Origin: a virus
Virus record (IMG/VR): IMGVR_UViG_3300042509_002293
Coordinates: 32,080 to 96,079 of that record
Strand: one strand, 5' to 3'
Length of the DNA stretch: 64,000 bases
The translations under genes were made by a program, and so were the position numbers. Under the pieces are notes generated by a model. That model was not told the DNA's origin. It worked only from the letters and a program-made list of their open reading frames with translations, and made no database searches. Shown piece by piece: positions 35,476 through 45,690 of the stretch (its first letter is position 1; every line of letters begins with the position of its first letter).

Positions 35476-35808
35476 GTGAAGATCGTCAGGCAGGACGAGT
35501 ATCGAGTCTCGGAGCGAGTCGTGTTGAAGCCGGGAGACGTGTTTCGGGCCAGCGGCGGCCCCTACTGGCGATCGAAGGACGGCGTCGACGCGAGCCTCAA
35601 GGCGCCCGGACCGTACAGGTTCGTCCAGTACGCGAAACGGGGTGCGGTGGGCTGGATCGAGGCCTACGACAAGAACGGCAACTTCGCAGTGCTGCACGTC
35701 GAGGGCCGGCGGCGGAAAGTCGACCCCGCGATTGTGCCGCGACCCTACCGGGTCACGGGCAAGAAGCGGGCCCAATCGCAAAGGCTTGACAATAGGAAAC
35801 GGGCCTGA
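35476..35808 (+). CDS. Hypothetical basic protein
   Basis: GGAGGT SD. Confidence 0.65.
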   Translation: MKIVRQDEYRVSERVVLKPGDVFRASGGPYWRSKDGVDASLKAPGPYRFVQYAKRGAVGWIEAYDKNGNFAVLHVEGRRRKVDPAIVPRPYRVTGKKRAQSQRLDNRKRA

Positions 35809-35814
35809 TATCCT
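35786..35814 (+). promoter_or_regulatory. Sigma70-like promoter
   Basis: TTGACA-17-TATCCT. Confidence 0.55.
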
Positions 35815-35868
35815 CGTGCAAGTTCGATTCGTTTGGCTGGACACACTAACCTCGAAAGGGAATGACCC

Positions 35869-36612
35869 ATGAGCAACAACAGCAAACTGTGCCTTCACGC
35901 CGGTGCCGTCCTCGTCGACCGCGAGGTCGTCAACGCGGTGGCGACCCCCCAGGCCACGCAGACCTGGACTCCCGTCGCTCACGGAGACGTGATCGACTCC
36001 GTCGAGAACGCCCTCGCCGGAAGCGGACTGGGCATCTCCGATCGGTCGTTCGCCCTGACAGGCGACGGTGCCCGCCTGTTCGGGCTGCTCACTCTCGCGC
36101 AGGTCGACGGCGGCGACTACGCCGTGACGCTCGGGCTGCGGAACTCGCACGACAAGACTTTCCCTTTGTCGTTCGCCCTCGGATCCCGCGTGTTTGTTTG
36201 CGACAATCTGGCGTTCTCCGCTGAGCACACCGTGAAGAGCAAGCACACTCGGTTCATCTACGACCGCCTCTCGCGGCTCGTGTCCGAGGGCGTGGCCGGG
36301 CTCGTGCAGCACCGGCAGGCCCAGGCCCGCCGGATCGAGTGCTACAAGGAACTGGAGGTCCGTGGGCAGTCCCACCTCCACGACGTCGTGCTCAAGGCAT
36401 ACAGGGCCCAGGCCATCCCGGCTACGGCGATCCCGAAGGTGATCGAGGAGTTCGAGGAGCCCAAGCACCCCGAGTTTGCGAACTGGACGGCATGGAGCCT
36501 GTTCAACGCGTTCACGGAGACGCTGAAGGAGTTCGGGGACCTCCAGCGTCGCACGCAGCGGCTCCACGGCGTGTTCGACGCCGAGGTTGGGCCCAAGCTG
36601 CTCGCGGTCTAG
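35869..36612 (+). CDS. DUF932/DUF945-family protein
   Basis: TWTPVAH, GLRNSHDK, RVFVCDNLAF, KHT, TAWSLFNAFTE. Confidence 0.85.
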   Translation: MSNNSKLCLHAGAVLVDREVVNAVATPQATQTWTPVAHGDVIDSVENALAGSGLGISDRSFALTGDGARLFGLLTLAQVDGGDYAVTLGLRNSHDKTFPLSFALGSRVFVCDNLAFSAEHTVKSKHTRFIYDRLSRLVSEGVAGLVQHRQAQARRIECYKELEVRGQSHLHDVVLKAYRAQAIPATAIPKVIEEFEEPKHPEFANWTAWSLFNAFTETLKEFGDLQRRTQRLHGVFDAEVGPKLLAV

Positions 36613-36638
36613 GTGAATGTCTGGATACGCTGCTCCGG

Positions 36639-36665
36639 GAGGGGCGAGGACGACCCTCGCCCCTC
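36639..36665 (+). promoter_or_regulatory. Perfect 11-bp intergenic hairpin
   Basis: GAGGGGCGAGG-ACGAC-CCTCGCCCCTC; no U-tract. Confidence 0.5.
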
Positions 36666-36691
36666 TCACGGAACCTGGAGAACACACAACC

Positions 36692-37027
36692 GTGGCAAAG
36701 AAAAGTCAGAAAAGCCCGTTTGGGCACCCGTTCAATGAGTGGCGGACGTCCTGGATCAACGAAGGGGACCGCCTCATCGCCGAGGCCGAGGAACTCTTGG
36801 ATGATCCGACGACCACGCCGCATAAGTCGAGTCATCGTTCGAGGTACGGCCGCGCCGCGAGACTCTACGCCAAGTCGGCGAGGTTCTACCGGCAGGCCGG
36901 GCTGGGGCTGATGGCGCAGGCGTCCTACCAGGACGCTGCCGAGTGCTGCTCCGTCCTCGGGGACGAGCAGGGATGCCGAGAATACGAGGGCAAGGCGAAC
37001 GAGATCCCGGAATACTGGAGCGAGTGA
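36692..37027 (+). CDS. Helical (TPR-like) hypothetical protein
   Basis: YGRAARLYAKSARFY...ASYQDAAECC. Confidence 0.6.
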   Translation: MAKKSQKSPFGHPFNEWRTSWINEGDRLIAEAEELLDDPTTTPHKSSHRSRYGRAARLYAKSARFYRQAGLGLMAQASYQDAAECCSVLGDEQGCREYEGKANEIPEYWSE

Positions 37028-37029
37028 CA

Positions 37030-37326
37030 ATGAAGGCAGCATGGACAGCGTCAGTTTGGATCGATCGAGCGGGACACCCGCAGTCGCACGTCTCGTCGGG
37101 AGTGGTCGTCTACGAGGACGACTCGACCGTCGTCCTGATGCGGATGCCCGAGTCCGAGCATCGGTACACGTCCTCGCACGCAAGGGGCGAGGTGTTCGAG
37201 AGCGAGGCCGAGGCCCAGGGTGAAGCGGTAAAGAAGCTCGTGGCACTGAGGCGGGACACCATCCTCAGGTTTGACTCGCTCATCGAGTCAGCGAGGGGCT
37301 TGCAGGCAGTAGCTGTCGTCGGTTAG
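37030..37326 (+). CDS. Hypothetical protein
   Basis: 98 aa packed ORF. Confidence 0.55.
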   Translation: MKAAWTASVWIDRAGHPQSHVSSGVVVYEDDSTVVLMRMPESEHRYTSSHARGEVFESEAEAQGEAVKKLVALRRDTILRFDSLIESARGLQAVAVVG

Positions 37327-37372
37327 GATCCCAGTCGCAAAACAAAGTACGGACACAAGTAGGTAGGTAGGC

Positions 37373-38746
37373 ATGGAAGCTACGCCCCCGTGGGCGCAGC
37401 AGCAGTCCTGCGCGGACTGGCTGCGTCGCCGTCTATTCGGGTACATCGGGCACGAGGTGGGATGCGGCAAAAGCCGCACGCTCCTCATGGCGGTCGCGGA
37501 CCGCCGACTTGTGCTCGTGGTCTGCCCGATCGCCGTTGGCCCAGCCTGGGCGAAGCAGGCACGGCTGTTTGCGCAGGGTCGACGAGTCGTCGTGGCCGTC
37601 AGCGGAACGGCAAAGGCCAGAGCGGCGGCGATTCGCGAGGCTGTGGCCGCCGGTGGCGACGTCCTCGTCGTCGTCAACTACGACGCCTGCTATCGGGGCG
37701 ACGTCGCCAAGTCGATCTCGGCCACGCCGTGGGACGCGATCGTCTGCGACGAGGCCCACCGGATCAAGAGTCCGAGCGGCAAGGCATCTCGGTTTCTGGC
37801 CAAACTGGCCAAGTCGCTGCCGGAGTCCCTCCGCGTCTGCATGTCAGGGACGCCGACTCCCAACAACCCCTGCGACTGGTGGGCTCAGTTTCGGTTCCTC
37901 GATCCGGCTGTCCTCGGAGGCAGCTTCCCTGCGTTCCGCAACCGGATCGCGATCACACACCCACGCTACCCGGGCTGGATCACCGACTTCCGGGACGACG
38001 CGCTCGTGGCCCTTCGCGAGCGAATCGACGAGCACGTCCATCGCGTGAAGGCGGATGACGTCCTGACGCTGCCTGACGCGATCCACGAGACGATCGAGGT
38101 CGAACTCTGCCCGCAGGCCGCCGCGTTCTACAGGGAACTGGAAGCCGAGATGATCGCCAGACTGGAGACAGGCGAGGTCGTGACGGCAGCCAACCGGATG
38201 GTCGTCGTGAACCGGCTTCACCTCGCCGCAGGTGGCCACGCCAAGGCGGACGGCAGCGACACGTTCGTCCGCATCGCTGGCGTGCCCGACAAGACGATCG
38301 CGTTTCGCGAGTGGCTTGAAGACTTCCCGATTCGAGAGCCGCTCGTCGTGTTTGTTCGATTCATCGAGGACCTCCGCGAGGCTGCGGAGGCGTGCCGGGA
38401 ATCTGGACGCAGCGTGTCGCTCCTCTGTGGGGCCACAAAGCAGCTTGAGGAGTGGCAGGCCGGGCAGTCGGACGTGATCGTCGTCCAGCAGCAAGCCGGA
38501 GGGGCGGGAGTTGACCTGACCCGAGCCTGCTACTGCGTGTACCTCAGCGTCTCACACAGCCTGGGCGACTACGAGCAAAGCCTCGGAAGGCTACGGCGGC
38601 CGGGTCAATCGAAATGCGTCAGGTACTACCACTTTGTCTCGAAGGGCACTGTGGATGAAGCGATCTATCGAGCACTGGAATCCAAGGCCGACGTGGTCGA
38701 GGCAGTTCTCGATGGTTTGACGAGGAGGGTAGGTAATCATGGCTGA
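37373..38746 (+). CDS. SNF2-family (SF2) helicase
   Basis: GCGKS, DEAH, SGTP, GAGVDL, QSLGRLRRPGQ. Confidence 0.9.
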   Translation: MEATPPWAQQQSCADWLRRRLFGYIGHEVGCGKSRTLLMAVADRRLVLVVCPIAVGPAWAKQARLFAQGRRVVVAVSGTAKARAAAIREAVAAGGDVLVVVNYDACYRGDVAKSISATPWDAIVCDEAHRIKSPSGKASRFLAKLAKSLPESLRVCMSGTPTPNNPCDWWAQFRFLDPAVLGGSFPAFRNRIAITHPRYPGWITDFRDDALVALRERIDEHVHRVKADDVLTLPDAIHETIEVELCPQAAAFYRELEAEMIARLETGEVVTAANRMVVVNRLHLAAGGHAKADGSDTFVRIAGVPDKTIAFREWLEDFPIREPLVVFVRFIEDLREAAEACRESGRSVSLLCGATKQLEEWQAGQSDVIVVQQQAGGAGVDLTRACYCVYLSVSHSLGDYEQSLGRLRRPGQSKCVRYYHFVSKGTVDEAIYRALESKADVVEAVLDGLTRRVGNHG

Positions 38747-39128
38747 GATTGTTTTTTCGAGGCGGCGTGGCCGGGCCAACTTTGGGCGACAGGCACACGG
38801 AGACATCCTTGTCTCGCGGTGTGTGCGGGCGGGCTCCCAGGTGGGGCTGGCCGTTCGCATCCACAAGTCCATCCTGGAGAAGCTGTCGTGGCTGGTCGGG
38901 GATCACGTTGTGCTCGAAGTCAAAGGCAACGAATGGAAGCTCCGGCGAGTCTCCGGCAAGGATGAGGGCGGCATCATGGTGTCTCCGCTGAATCGCAACT
39001 CCGGCCACGGGGTCGCACGGTTCGCCGCGTCCAAGCAGAGCCTGGACGGGCTGTTCTCTGGCGAGAAGTCGTTCGAGGCATGGCTCGCCACGGGCGAGGG
39101 CCTTGAGGCGACCTTCGTCCGGGGCTGA
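38739..39128 (+). CDS. Hypothetical protein (possible AbrB-like fold)
   Basis: VRIHKSILEKLSWLVGDHVVL. Confidence 0.55.
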   Translation: MAEIVFSRRRGRANFGRQAHGDILVSRCVRAGSQVGLAVRIHKSILEKLSWLVGDHVVLEVKGNEWKLRRVSGKDEGGIMVSPLNRNSGHGVARFAASKQSLDGLFSGEKSFEAWLATGEGLEATFVRG

Positions 39129-39208
39129 TGAGAGCCGCCCTCGCGATAGGCGCGGCAGCCGCTTCGACGCGGCGGGGCGGAATGGTTTCCACAACGAGGA
39201 GCAGAACA

Positions 39209-40048
39209 ATGGCGACGAGTAGTCTGGATACGCCGAACGTCGAACTGGTCTACGACATGGCCAACGACGTCTATCACGCCCGAAAGGAATTCGTCTCCCG
39301 GTCCCAGGCTCACCGCTATCGAGGTGTGCTCGGAGGCCGGGCCCAGCGGTACGCGGAGGTCGCGCGGAAGAGTTTGTTCGCCGGCAACTCGTCGACGACG
39401 TTCGGGACGATCGTGGACACGGCCTTCGAGGCCGAGGTTCGCGGGATCGACTGGAGAAGCAGGTGTGCCGTTGCTCCCCCGAGCGTGCTGGCCGCCGACG
39501 GCAGCCGCCGTGGAAAGGCGTTCCAGTCCTGGAAGGCATCGCTCGACCCGGCCGCGATCGAGTGCTCCGAGACCGACTTCGGCAAGGTCGCCGACATGAT
39601 CGCAAGTCTTCGCGAGCACAGGGGAGCCAACGCACTCATGGAGGCCTGCACCCACTCGCAGCTTTCCGTGTTCTGGACGAACTCGTCCGGCCACAAGCTG
39701 AAGGCCCGCGCCGACGGCGTGACCCCGGAACTCTGGTTCGACCTGAAGACGACAAGCTCGGAGTGGCGGGACCTGAGGTACAGCTTCCGGAGGTTCGGCT
39801 ACGACTGGCAACACTCGTGGTACACGGACGCGGCCCTGGCTGCCGGGTGGCCGCCCTTCGAGTTCAAGTTCATCGTCGTGCAGACGTTCGCGCCTTTTGA
39901 CGTGAAGGTCGTGAAGCTCACGCCGGATGCGGTCGAGCGGGCACGCATCGAGATCGACGAGACGCTCTTCGAGATGCGTCGTCGTGCCGAGACTGGCGAA
40001 TACGTCGCCGAGTCGTACCACGAGGAAGAGGTCCTGGATCTTGGTTGA
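39209..40048 (+). CDS. RecE/ExoVIII-like PD-(D/E)xK exonuclease (DUF3799-like)
   Basis: YHA..VSRS, FGT, KARAD, DLKTT, YDWQHSWY. Confidence 0.82.
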   Translation: MATSSLDTPNVELVYDMANDVYHARKEFVSRSQAHRYRGVLGGRAQRYAEVARKSLFAGNSSTTFGTIVDTAFEAEVRGIDWRSRCAVAPPSVLAADGSRRGKAFQSWKASLDPAAIECSETDFGKVADMIASLREHRGANALMEACTHSQLSVFWTNSSGHKLKARADGVTPELWFDLKTTSSEWRDLRYSFRRFGYDWQHSWYTDAALAAGWPPFEFKFIVVQTFAPFDVKVVKLTPDAVERARIEIDETLFEMRRRAETGEYVAESYHEEEVLDLG

Positions 40049-40122
40049 TTCAGCGAGTGAACCCGTCCGCGTCGCGGCGGTGTGTCTCTCGTTTTGGTTG
40101 GTAGGCAAATAGGAGTTGACTC

Positions 40123-40890
40123 ATGTCAACGTCTCTTGCGGTCAGTCAGTTCCGTGCTCTCGCCCCCAATAGCGAGATCGCGGAAGTCATCGAGGCGAAC
40201 CTCGGTGGCGGTTCTTTGCGGCGGTCGGACTTGACGTTCGTCAAGATTCCCACGGGTGGCTCCACCCGCTGGAACTGGACCGTCGCCGGGAACGAGTTCT
40301 CGGAGAAGGACATCACCGGGCTCTGCGTCGTCGCGACGCGGACGGAGTACAACCTGTGGCCGCACGCTGTGGCGAAGGCCGGCAACTCGCCGTACCTCCG
40401 TTCGCTCGACGGCATCACCGGCCACAAGGTCGGCGAGGACCCGGGCGACCTGGACGTTGCCGCCATCGAGGCGGCGAGGAACCAGGACGGCACCTACCGG
40501 TGGAAGGAGATTCCGTACTGCCAGTGGCAGGACCGGAAGCCGCCCCGGGCGAAGCCGAGCCGCGTGCTCGGCATCCTGCGTGAGCAGGACACGTCGCCGG
40601 TGTTTGTGCAGGTGTCGCCGACGAGCTTGAAGCCCGTCGAGGACTTCCTGCGGGCTCTCTCTGCCCAACTCGTCCCGCACTATCGTGCGATCGTCGAGTT
40701 GACCCTGGAGAAGAAGAAGGGTTCGTCGGCCGACTACGCGGCGATCGTCTGCCGCCACGTTGGCACCGTGCCGGAGGACGTTGGCCAGCGTGCCAAGGCC
40801 CTGTTCACGTCCACCATGACGCCGGTGCTGGTCGGCAGCATCTCGCGTGTGGCGTCGCGTGATGCGGTGGTCGACGCCGTCCCCTTCTGA
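40123..40890 (+). CDS. Putative ssDNA-binding/annealing protein
   Basis: Follows the exonuclease; KIPTGG, SPTSLK, C-terminal DAVPF resembles SSB tails. Confidence 0.55.
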   Translation: MSTSLAVSQFRALAPNSEIAEVIEANLGGGSLRRSDLTFVKIPTGGSTRWNWTVAGNEFSEKDITGLCVVATRTEYNLWPHAVAKAGNSPYLRSLDGITGHKVGEDPGDLDVAAIEAARNQDGTYRWKEIPYCQWQDRKPPRAKPSRVLGILREQDTSPVFVQVSPTSLKPVEDFLRALSAQLVPHYRAIVELTLEKKKGSSADYAAIVCRHVGTVPEDVGQRAKALFTSTMTPVLVGSISRVASRDAVVDAVPF

Positions 40891-40911
40891 GTTGTTGTAC
40901 GGACACGAGTA

Positions 40912-40954
40912 GCGGGGGCTCGCGGCAGCGGGTCGCGAGCCCCCGCATGTTTTT
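40912..40954 (+). terminator. Rho-independent terminator-like hairpin
   Basis: GCGGGGGCTCGCGGC/GTCGCGAGCCCCCGC then ATGTTTTT. Confidence 0.7.
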
Positions 40955-40975
40955 GCATTCATGGAGGAATAAACA

Positions 40976-42601
40976 GTGGACTACAAGCCGAACGAACTTT
41001 TCCAGGCCGCCGCCAGTCTCGCCGCTCTGGGCATGAAGGTGGTCAAGCTCTACGGGATCCGCGACGACGGATCCTGCACCTGCTCGAAGGGCCACGACTG
41101 CCCGAGCAAGGGGAAGCACCCGGCCGGTGACGCCGGCTGGCAACATCGAGCCACCGACAACGAGGATGATATCTCGACGTGGTTTGAGGGCTGCAACGAA
41201 AACGTCAGATGGAACATCGGCGTGAGACTCGGGCGAGTCTCCGGCATCGTGGACATCGAAGCGGACGACGAGCAGGCGATGGAGGTCATCCGCCGCTACG
41301 GGCTCGACCAGATCGACACGACGGCGTTCCGGGGCTCGCGAGGCCCGCACTACCTGTTCCAGTACGACCCGGACCTGCCCGACGTGGGCGTGACGAAGGT
41401 CGACGGCCTGGAGTGCCGGCTCGGGGGCGGCGAGGCCGCCAGCCAGTCGGTGTTCCCGAAGTCCTGGCACAAGACCAAGGTCCAGTACGACTGGCTGCCC
41501 GGCCGGTCGCCTGACGAGGTCCGGCCGGCGCCGCTGCCGGAGGCGTTCAAGCAGGCGATCCTGGCGAACTCAAAGGGCAAGGGCACGGGTACCGTCGCCA
41601 AGGCGAAGGACGCAATCCTCGCCGACCACAAGGTCGGGGAAGGCGGCAGACACGCGTTCCTGGTCGGGATCGCCTCGTGGCTTGCTGGGCAATGCCGCGA
41701 CTACTCGGACGCCGACCGGACGCGAGTCAACACGGTCCTGAGGGCGCTCAACGTCACCCACTGCGACCCCCCGAAGACGGTCGACGAAGTCCGGAAGGTC
41801 GCCAACGACCAGTTCGATCATTATCGCAATCGCCACCTCGAACGCCGGGCGAACAGGCCTTTCGAGAGGCATGGCCTGGAGTGGGACGCCGAGGCCCGGG
41901 AATGGGAGCCCGGCGGCTGGCAACTCATCGTCGTCCACTCGGACCCGACCATGTACAGGCTGGTGATTCCCAATAGGACCCCGGGCGAGCCGTCGCACAA
42001 GATCCTCATGGACACCCGGACCTACCTGGGGGCTCGTGAGGTCGCCATCGCGGTCCTGGCGGCCACGAAGCGGATCAACCTGCTCGACCCGAACCCGTCC
42101 CGCTGGGCGGCCGTCTGGAACGGTGAGAACGTCGAGAACGAGGCCGGCGAGCGGCGGCAGATCCGAGGGCTCGCCTCGAAGCTGATCGACGTCGCGGAGG
42201 ACGAGTACCCGCCTCCGGAACTCAAGCGGTTCTCCTACGTCGCCACGACCCTCCTGGACTACCTGAAGCGGTTCGAGGTGGCGTCGTCTGAGGCGGAGGA
42301 GGACAACGTACCCAACGCCAGCGGAGTGCCGAAGTGGATCCGGGTCCGGGCGAAGGACTCGGACACGATCCGGGACGAACTGTGGTTCAAGTGGAACACC
42401 ATCTGGGACCAGATCCGGAGCAAGAACGCCTCGATCTCCGCCAAGGACAGGGACGACATCCACACCCGCGTGCTGGCCGAGACGGGCGAGGAGCGGTTCC
42501 GCCAGGGGCACCGGATCATCGCCGGCTCGGACGAGCGGTTCCGGGTCTGGACGAAGAGCCACATCAAGGCCCTGGAGCGGATCGCCGAGGGGGGCGGCTA
42601 G
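40976..42601 (+). CDS. Bifunctional primase/polymerase (Prim-Pol) with PriCT-like domain
   Basis: CTC..C..GKHP, NIGVRLG..SGIVDIEAD, GPHYLF, EGGRH..L. Confidence 0.85.
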   Translation: MDYKPNELFQAAASLAALGMKVVKLYGIRDDGSCTCSKGHDCPSKGKHPAGDAGWQHRATDNEDDISTWFEGCNENVRWNIGVRLGRVSGIVDIEADDEQAMEVIRRYGLDQIDTTAFRGSRGPHYLFQYDPDLPDVGVTKVDGLECRLGGGEAASQSVFPKSWHKTKVQYDWLPGRSPDEVRPAPLPEAFKQAILANSKGKGTGTVAKAKDAILADHKVGEGGRHAFLVGIASWLAGQCRDYSDADRTRVNTVLRALNVTHCDPPKTVDEVRKVANDQFDHYRNRHLERRANRPFERHGLEWDAEAREWEPGGWQLIVVHSDPTMYRLVIPNRTPGEPSHKILMDTRTYLGAREVAIAVLAATKRINLLDPNPSRWAAVWNGENVENEAGERRQIRGLASKLIDVAEDEYPPPELKRFSYVATTLLDYLKRFEVASSEAEEDNVPNASGVPKWIRVRAKDSDTIRDELWFKWNTIWDQIRSKNASISAKDRDDIHTRVLAETGEERFRQGHRIIAGSDERFRVWTKSHIKALERIAEGGG

Positions 42602-42779
42602 GCCCGCCGGCAAAAAATGGACTTCTCCTATATGGGTACCCAGAGGAATTTAAGACCCAGAACATGAGATCCAAGATCCAAAGAGAGCAGAAACGCGTCA
42701 GAAGTCCTTTGGTTACAAGCAGTTAGGTCTCCTATACATAGGGATTTTTTCTCTTTTTTGCCTGATCCAATTTCAACCT
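42602..42779. other. Candidate replication origin (AT-rich, with repeats)
   Basis: AT-rich island between primase and helicase with inverted and direct repeats. Confidence 0.5.
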
Positions 42780-44441
42780 ATGGCAATCTACAAAAGATGG
42801 GTAGGCGGCGCAGGGACGGGCAAAACCAGCCTGATCCTCGACTGCCTGACTGAGGCGAAGGCGTCGCTCGGCCTGAGCACGGACGAGATCGGCCTCTGCA
42901 CCTTCACGAGGGCGGGGCGACAGGAACTCTCCGAGCGGGCTGCCGAGGCCTGGGGGGTCGACGTGGAGGCCCTGACGAAGTCTGGATGGTTCAGGACGGC
43001 CCACTCGATCGCATACCGGCAGTCCAAGGTCGAGCAGGGCCAGCTTCTGGAGGGCGAGGACGGGATCGAGTGGACGAGCCAGAAGCTGGGCGAGAGGGCC
43101 GCTCCGGGCTCCGGAGACCCAGCCTCGTCCGGGTGGGAGACCCGAGGCGAGACCGACGCCTCGATCGCGTTGCGGGCCTGGGAACTCGCCCGGCAGTCCC
43201 TGGTCCCACTGAGTCAGGTGATCTCCGACTGGACCCAGATCGGAGACACGACCATCCAGGCCAACGCCGCCCGGGTGATCATCGACAAGTACGAGCACGC
43301 CAAGCGGGCGGAGGGCCGTCTGGACTTCACCGACGTGGCCTCGCGATTTGCTGGGGTCCGGCATACGGTCGACGGCCCGGTCGAGGTCGAGCCGACTGGA
43401 GACGTCCCTGAGCAACTGCGGGTGCTCGCGATCGACGAGGCCCAGGACTCCTCGGCGATCGTCGATCGAATCTGCCGGCGGATCGCCAGGAGCCCGAACA
43501 TCGAGCGAGTCTTTTTGCTCGGCGACCCGTACCAGTCGATCCTCGGATTCAACGGCGCCGACTATCGGCATTTCCTGTCCTGGGACGCGGACGAATCGAT
43601 CATGCCCAGATCCTACCGCTGCCCCAAGGTCATCATGGACTACGGCGAGCGGTGCCTCAGGCAGATGCGGAGCGGGTACCGGGACCGGAAGATATCTCCG
43701 GCGCCGCACGAGGGCTCAATCCTCCACGCCCGTCACGCCCACGAGGCCGTGTCTCGGATCGATCCTTCGCGGAGCACGCTCGTCATTGCCCGGGTTGCGT
43801 TCGCCCTGGCGGAGTACGAGGACGAACTCAAGGCCCGCAAGATCCCGTACTCGTGGATCGACCGAGTCGGGTCAGCGTCCTCGTTGTCTGGATACAAGTG
43901 CCTCTGGGATCTTGAGCACGGCCAGATCGTCAGCGGGGACGACTGGGCGGCCGCCATCGCCATGTCGGCGGCGTCTCACCCGGAAGCCGGCAAGCTGATA
44001 GTCCACGGCGAGAAGAAGGCCTGGAAAGACGGACGGAGAGGCAATATCGACTTCATCCGCCCGATCCCCGAGGACATGGAGTTGGCTGGATGCACGCCGA
44101 AGATGGTGGAGTTCATCCTCTCGGGCCGGTGGCCTGAGGCGATGGACTCCCGGCATCGAGACAAGGCTGCCGCCTGGAGGTCTGCCGCACTCACCCACGG
44201 CACGGACGTGGCGAGCAACCCGCGAGTGAGGCTGTCCACGATCCACTCGGCCAAGGGCATGGAGGGAGACCTCGTGATCCTGAGCACGGTGTCGAGCAAG
44301 GCGGTCGAGACTTCGAGGGTCTCGCTGGCCGCGAGGCACGACGAAGAGTGCAGAGTGAACTATGTGGCCGTTACACGGGCGAGGGAGAATCTGTTGGTGG
44401 TCGATGACGGGTCCAGATACTCACTGGAGCTACCAGCATGA
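42780..44441 (+). CDS. UvrD/Rep-family (SF1) helicase
   Basis: GGAGTGKT, TFT, DEAQD, GDPYQSI, SYRCP, TIHSAKGMEGD, YVAVTRA. Confidence 0.92.
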   Translation: MAIYKRWVGGAGTGKTSLILDCLTEAKASLGLSTDEIGLCTFTRAGRQELSERAAEAWGVDVEALTKSGWFRTAHSIAYRQSKVEQGQLLEGEDGIEWTSQKLGERAAPGSGDPASSGWETRGETDASIALRAWELARQSLVPLSQVISDWTQIGDTTIQANAARVIIDKYEHAKRAEGRLDFTDVASRFAGVRHTVDGPVEVEPTGDVPEQLRVLAIDEAQDSSAIVDRICRRIARSPNIERVFLLGDPYQSILGFNGADYRHFLSWDADESIMPRSYRCPKVIMDYGERCLRQMRSGYRDRKISPAPHEGSILHARHAHEAVSRIDPSRSTLVIARVAFALAEYEDELKARKIPYSWIDRVGSASSLSGYKCLWDLEHGQIVSGDDWAAAIAMSAASHPEAGKLIVHGEKKAWKDGRRGNIDFIRPIPEDMELAGCTPKMVEFILSGRWPEAMDSRHRDKAAAWRSAALTHGTDVASNPRVRLSTIHSAKGMEGDLVILSTVSSKAVETSRVSLAARHDEECRVNYVAVTRARENLLVVDDGSRYSLELPA

Positions 44442-45178
44442 AATCCCTCTCGTTGATGGTTCTGTTCTTTGCCGGGGTCGCGATTGCCGGGACCAGGGAT
44501 CCGGGGGTCTCGGACCAGAGATATATCGACTACGGGTCGCAGTTCACCTGCGTCGGGAAGCTGGAATGCCGAGACTCGGATGGCCGCGATGCCGTCGCCA
44601 GTTGCGTCGCGATCGACCCCCACTGGGTCGTCACGGCCGCACACGTCGTCGCCGGGTCCACCAACGTGACGATACTCGTGTCTGGCAAGTCTCAGGCTGC
44701 CACCGAGATCGTGGTTCGGGACGGCTTCCGCTGCGACTGCGTCGGGTGCTGCGACATCGCCCTCGCCAGGGTCGGCGAGGACATCGGGCTGCCCTTCTAC
44801 CCCGGGTTGTACGGACAGGCTGACGAGGCCGGAAAAGTGGTCGCGATTGCCGGGTACGGGATGACCGGGACCCTGGAGACGGGGCACCTGATTAACGACG
44901 GACAGCGGCGTGCGGGCAGCAACATCGTCGACCACATCGGATCCAAGGGCCTCCTGATCTGCTCCGCAGGATCAGGGGTCGGCACCGAACTGGAGTTCCT
45001 CATCGCGCCGGGCGACTCCGGCGGCGGCCTGTTCATCGGCAACTCGCTGGCCGGGATCAACTCGCTCGTGATGGCCTCCAAGCGGTCGCCCCAGTCTCGA
45101 TACGGGGACGAATCCGGACACGTCCGAATCAGTCAGCACCTGGAGTGGATCCGTGAGCAACTCGCCAGAACTCGATAG
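44438..45178 (+). CDS. Secreted trypsin-like serine protease
   Basis: Signal peptide; TAAHV, DIAL, GDSGG triad. Confidence 0.88.
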   Translation: MKSLSLMVLFFAGVAIAGTRDPGVSDQRYIDYGSQFTCVGKLECRDSDGRDAVASCVAIDPHWVVTAAHVVAGSTNVTILVSGKSQAATEIVVRDGFRCDCVGCCDIALARVGEDIGLPFYPGLYGQADEAGKVVAIAGYGMTGTLETGHLINDGQRRAGSNIVDHIGSKGLLICSAGSGVGTELEFLIAPGDSGGGLFIGNSLAGINSLVMASKRSPQSRYGDESGHVRISQHLEWIREQLARTR

Positions 45179-45644
45179 TGGCCTGCTTTTCGACGTCTCC
45201 CCCGAGGAACGCGACGGGCAGGAAAAGAAGAAGCCAAGCAAGAAGCAGCGTCCGGACGAGCGTCCCCGTCCGGCTGGCCCTCTGGACTTCCCCTCTGAAG
45301 CCCGGTGGCTGGGATCCGTCGAGGGCCACTACCAGTGCGATCAGTGCGGGATCGGGATCCTCGACATCGCCGAGACTCGGAAGGTCGACGGCGCCGCTAA
45401 GTGGCTCGTGTGCTGTGGCTGGGTCTGCGGGCACTGCTGGCTCGTCGACCCCGTGCCAGGGGTGCTCGACAAGCGGGAGGAGGGCCGCGAGTTTCGCGTT
45501 CGCGGTGGCCGGTTCGACGGCATGACGTTCTCCGAGATCGCCGCCGAGGGAGGCCGGTGGTACATCGAGCAGCTTGTGAAGGCCGGCAAGCGTCAGGTGC
45601 TCGCCGAGGAGGCTGCCAAGTGGCTCGCCTTGACAGGATCGTAA
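45153..45644 (+). CDS. Zn-ribbon hypothetical protein
   Basis: CDQCG...CCGWVCG; GRFDGMTFSEI. Confidence 0.6.
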   Translation: MSNSPELDSGLLFDVSPEERDGQEKKKPSKKQRPDERPRPAGPLDFPSEARWLGSVEGHYQCDQCGIGILDIAETRKVDGAAKWLVCCGWVCGHCWLVDPVPGVLDKREEGREFRVRGGRFDGMTFSEIAAEGGRWYIEQLVKAGKRQVLAEEAAKWLALTGS

Positions 45645-45690
45645 GTCTGGATACGATAACCCCCTCGCGAGCAGCCACGGAAGGCACGTC

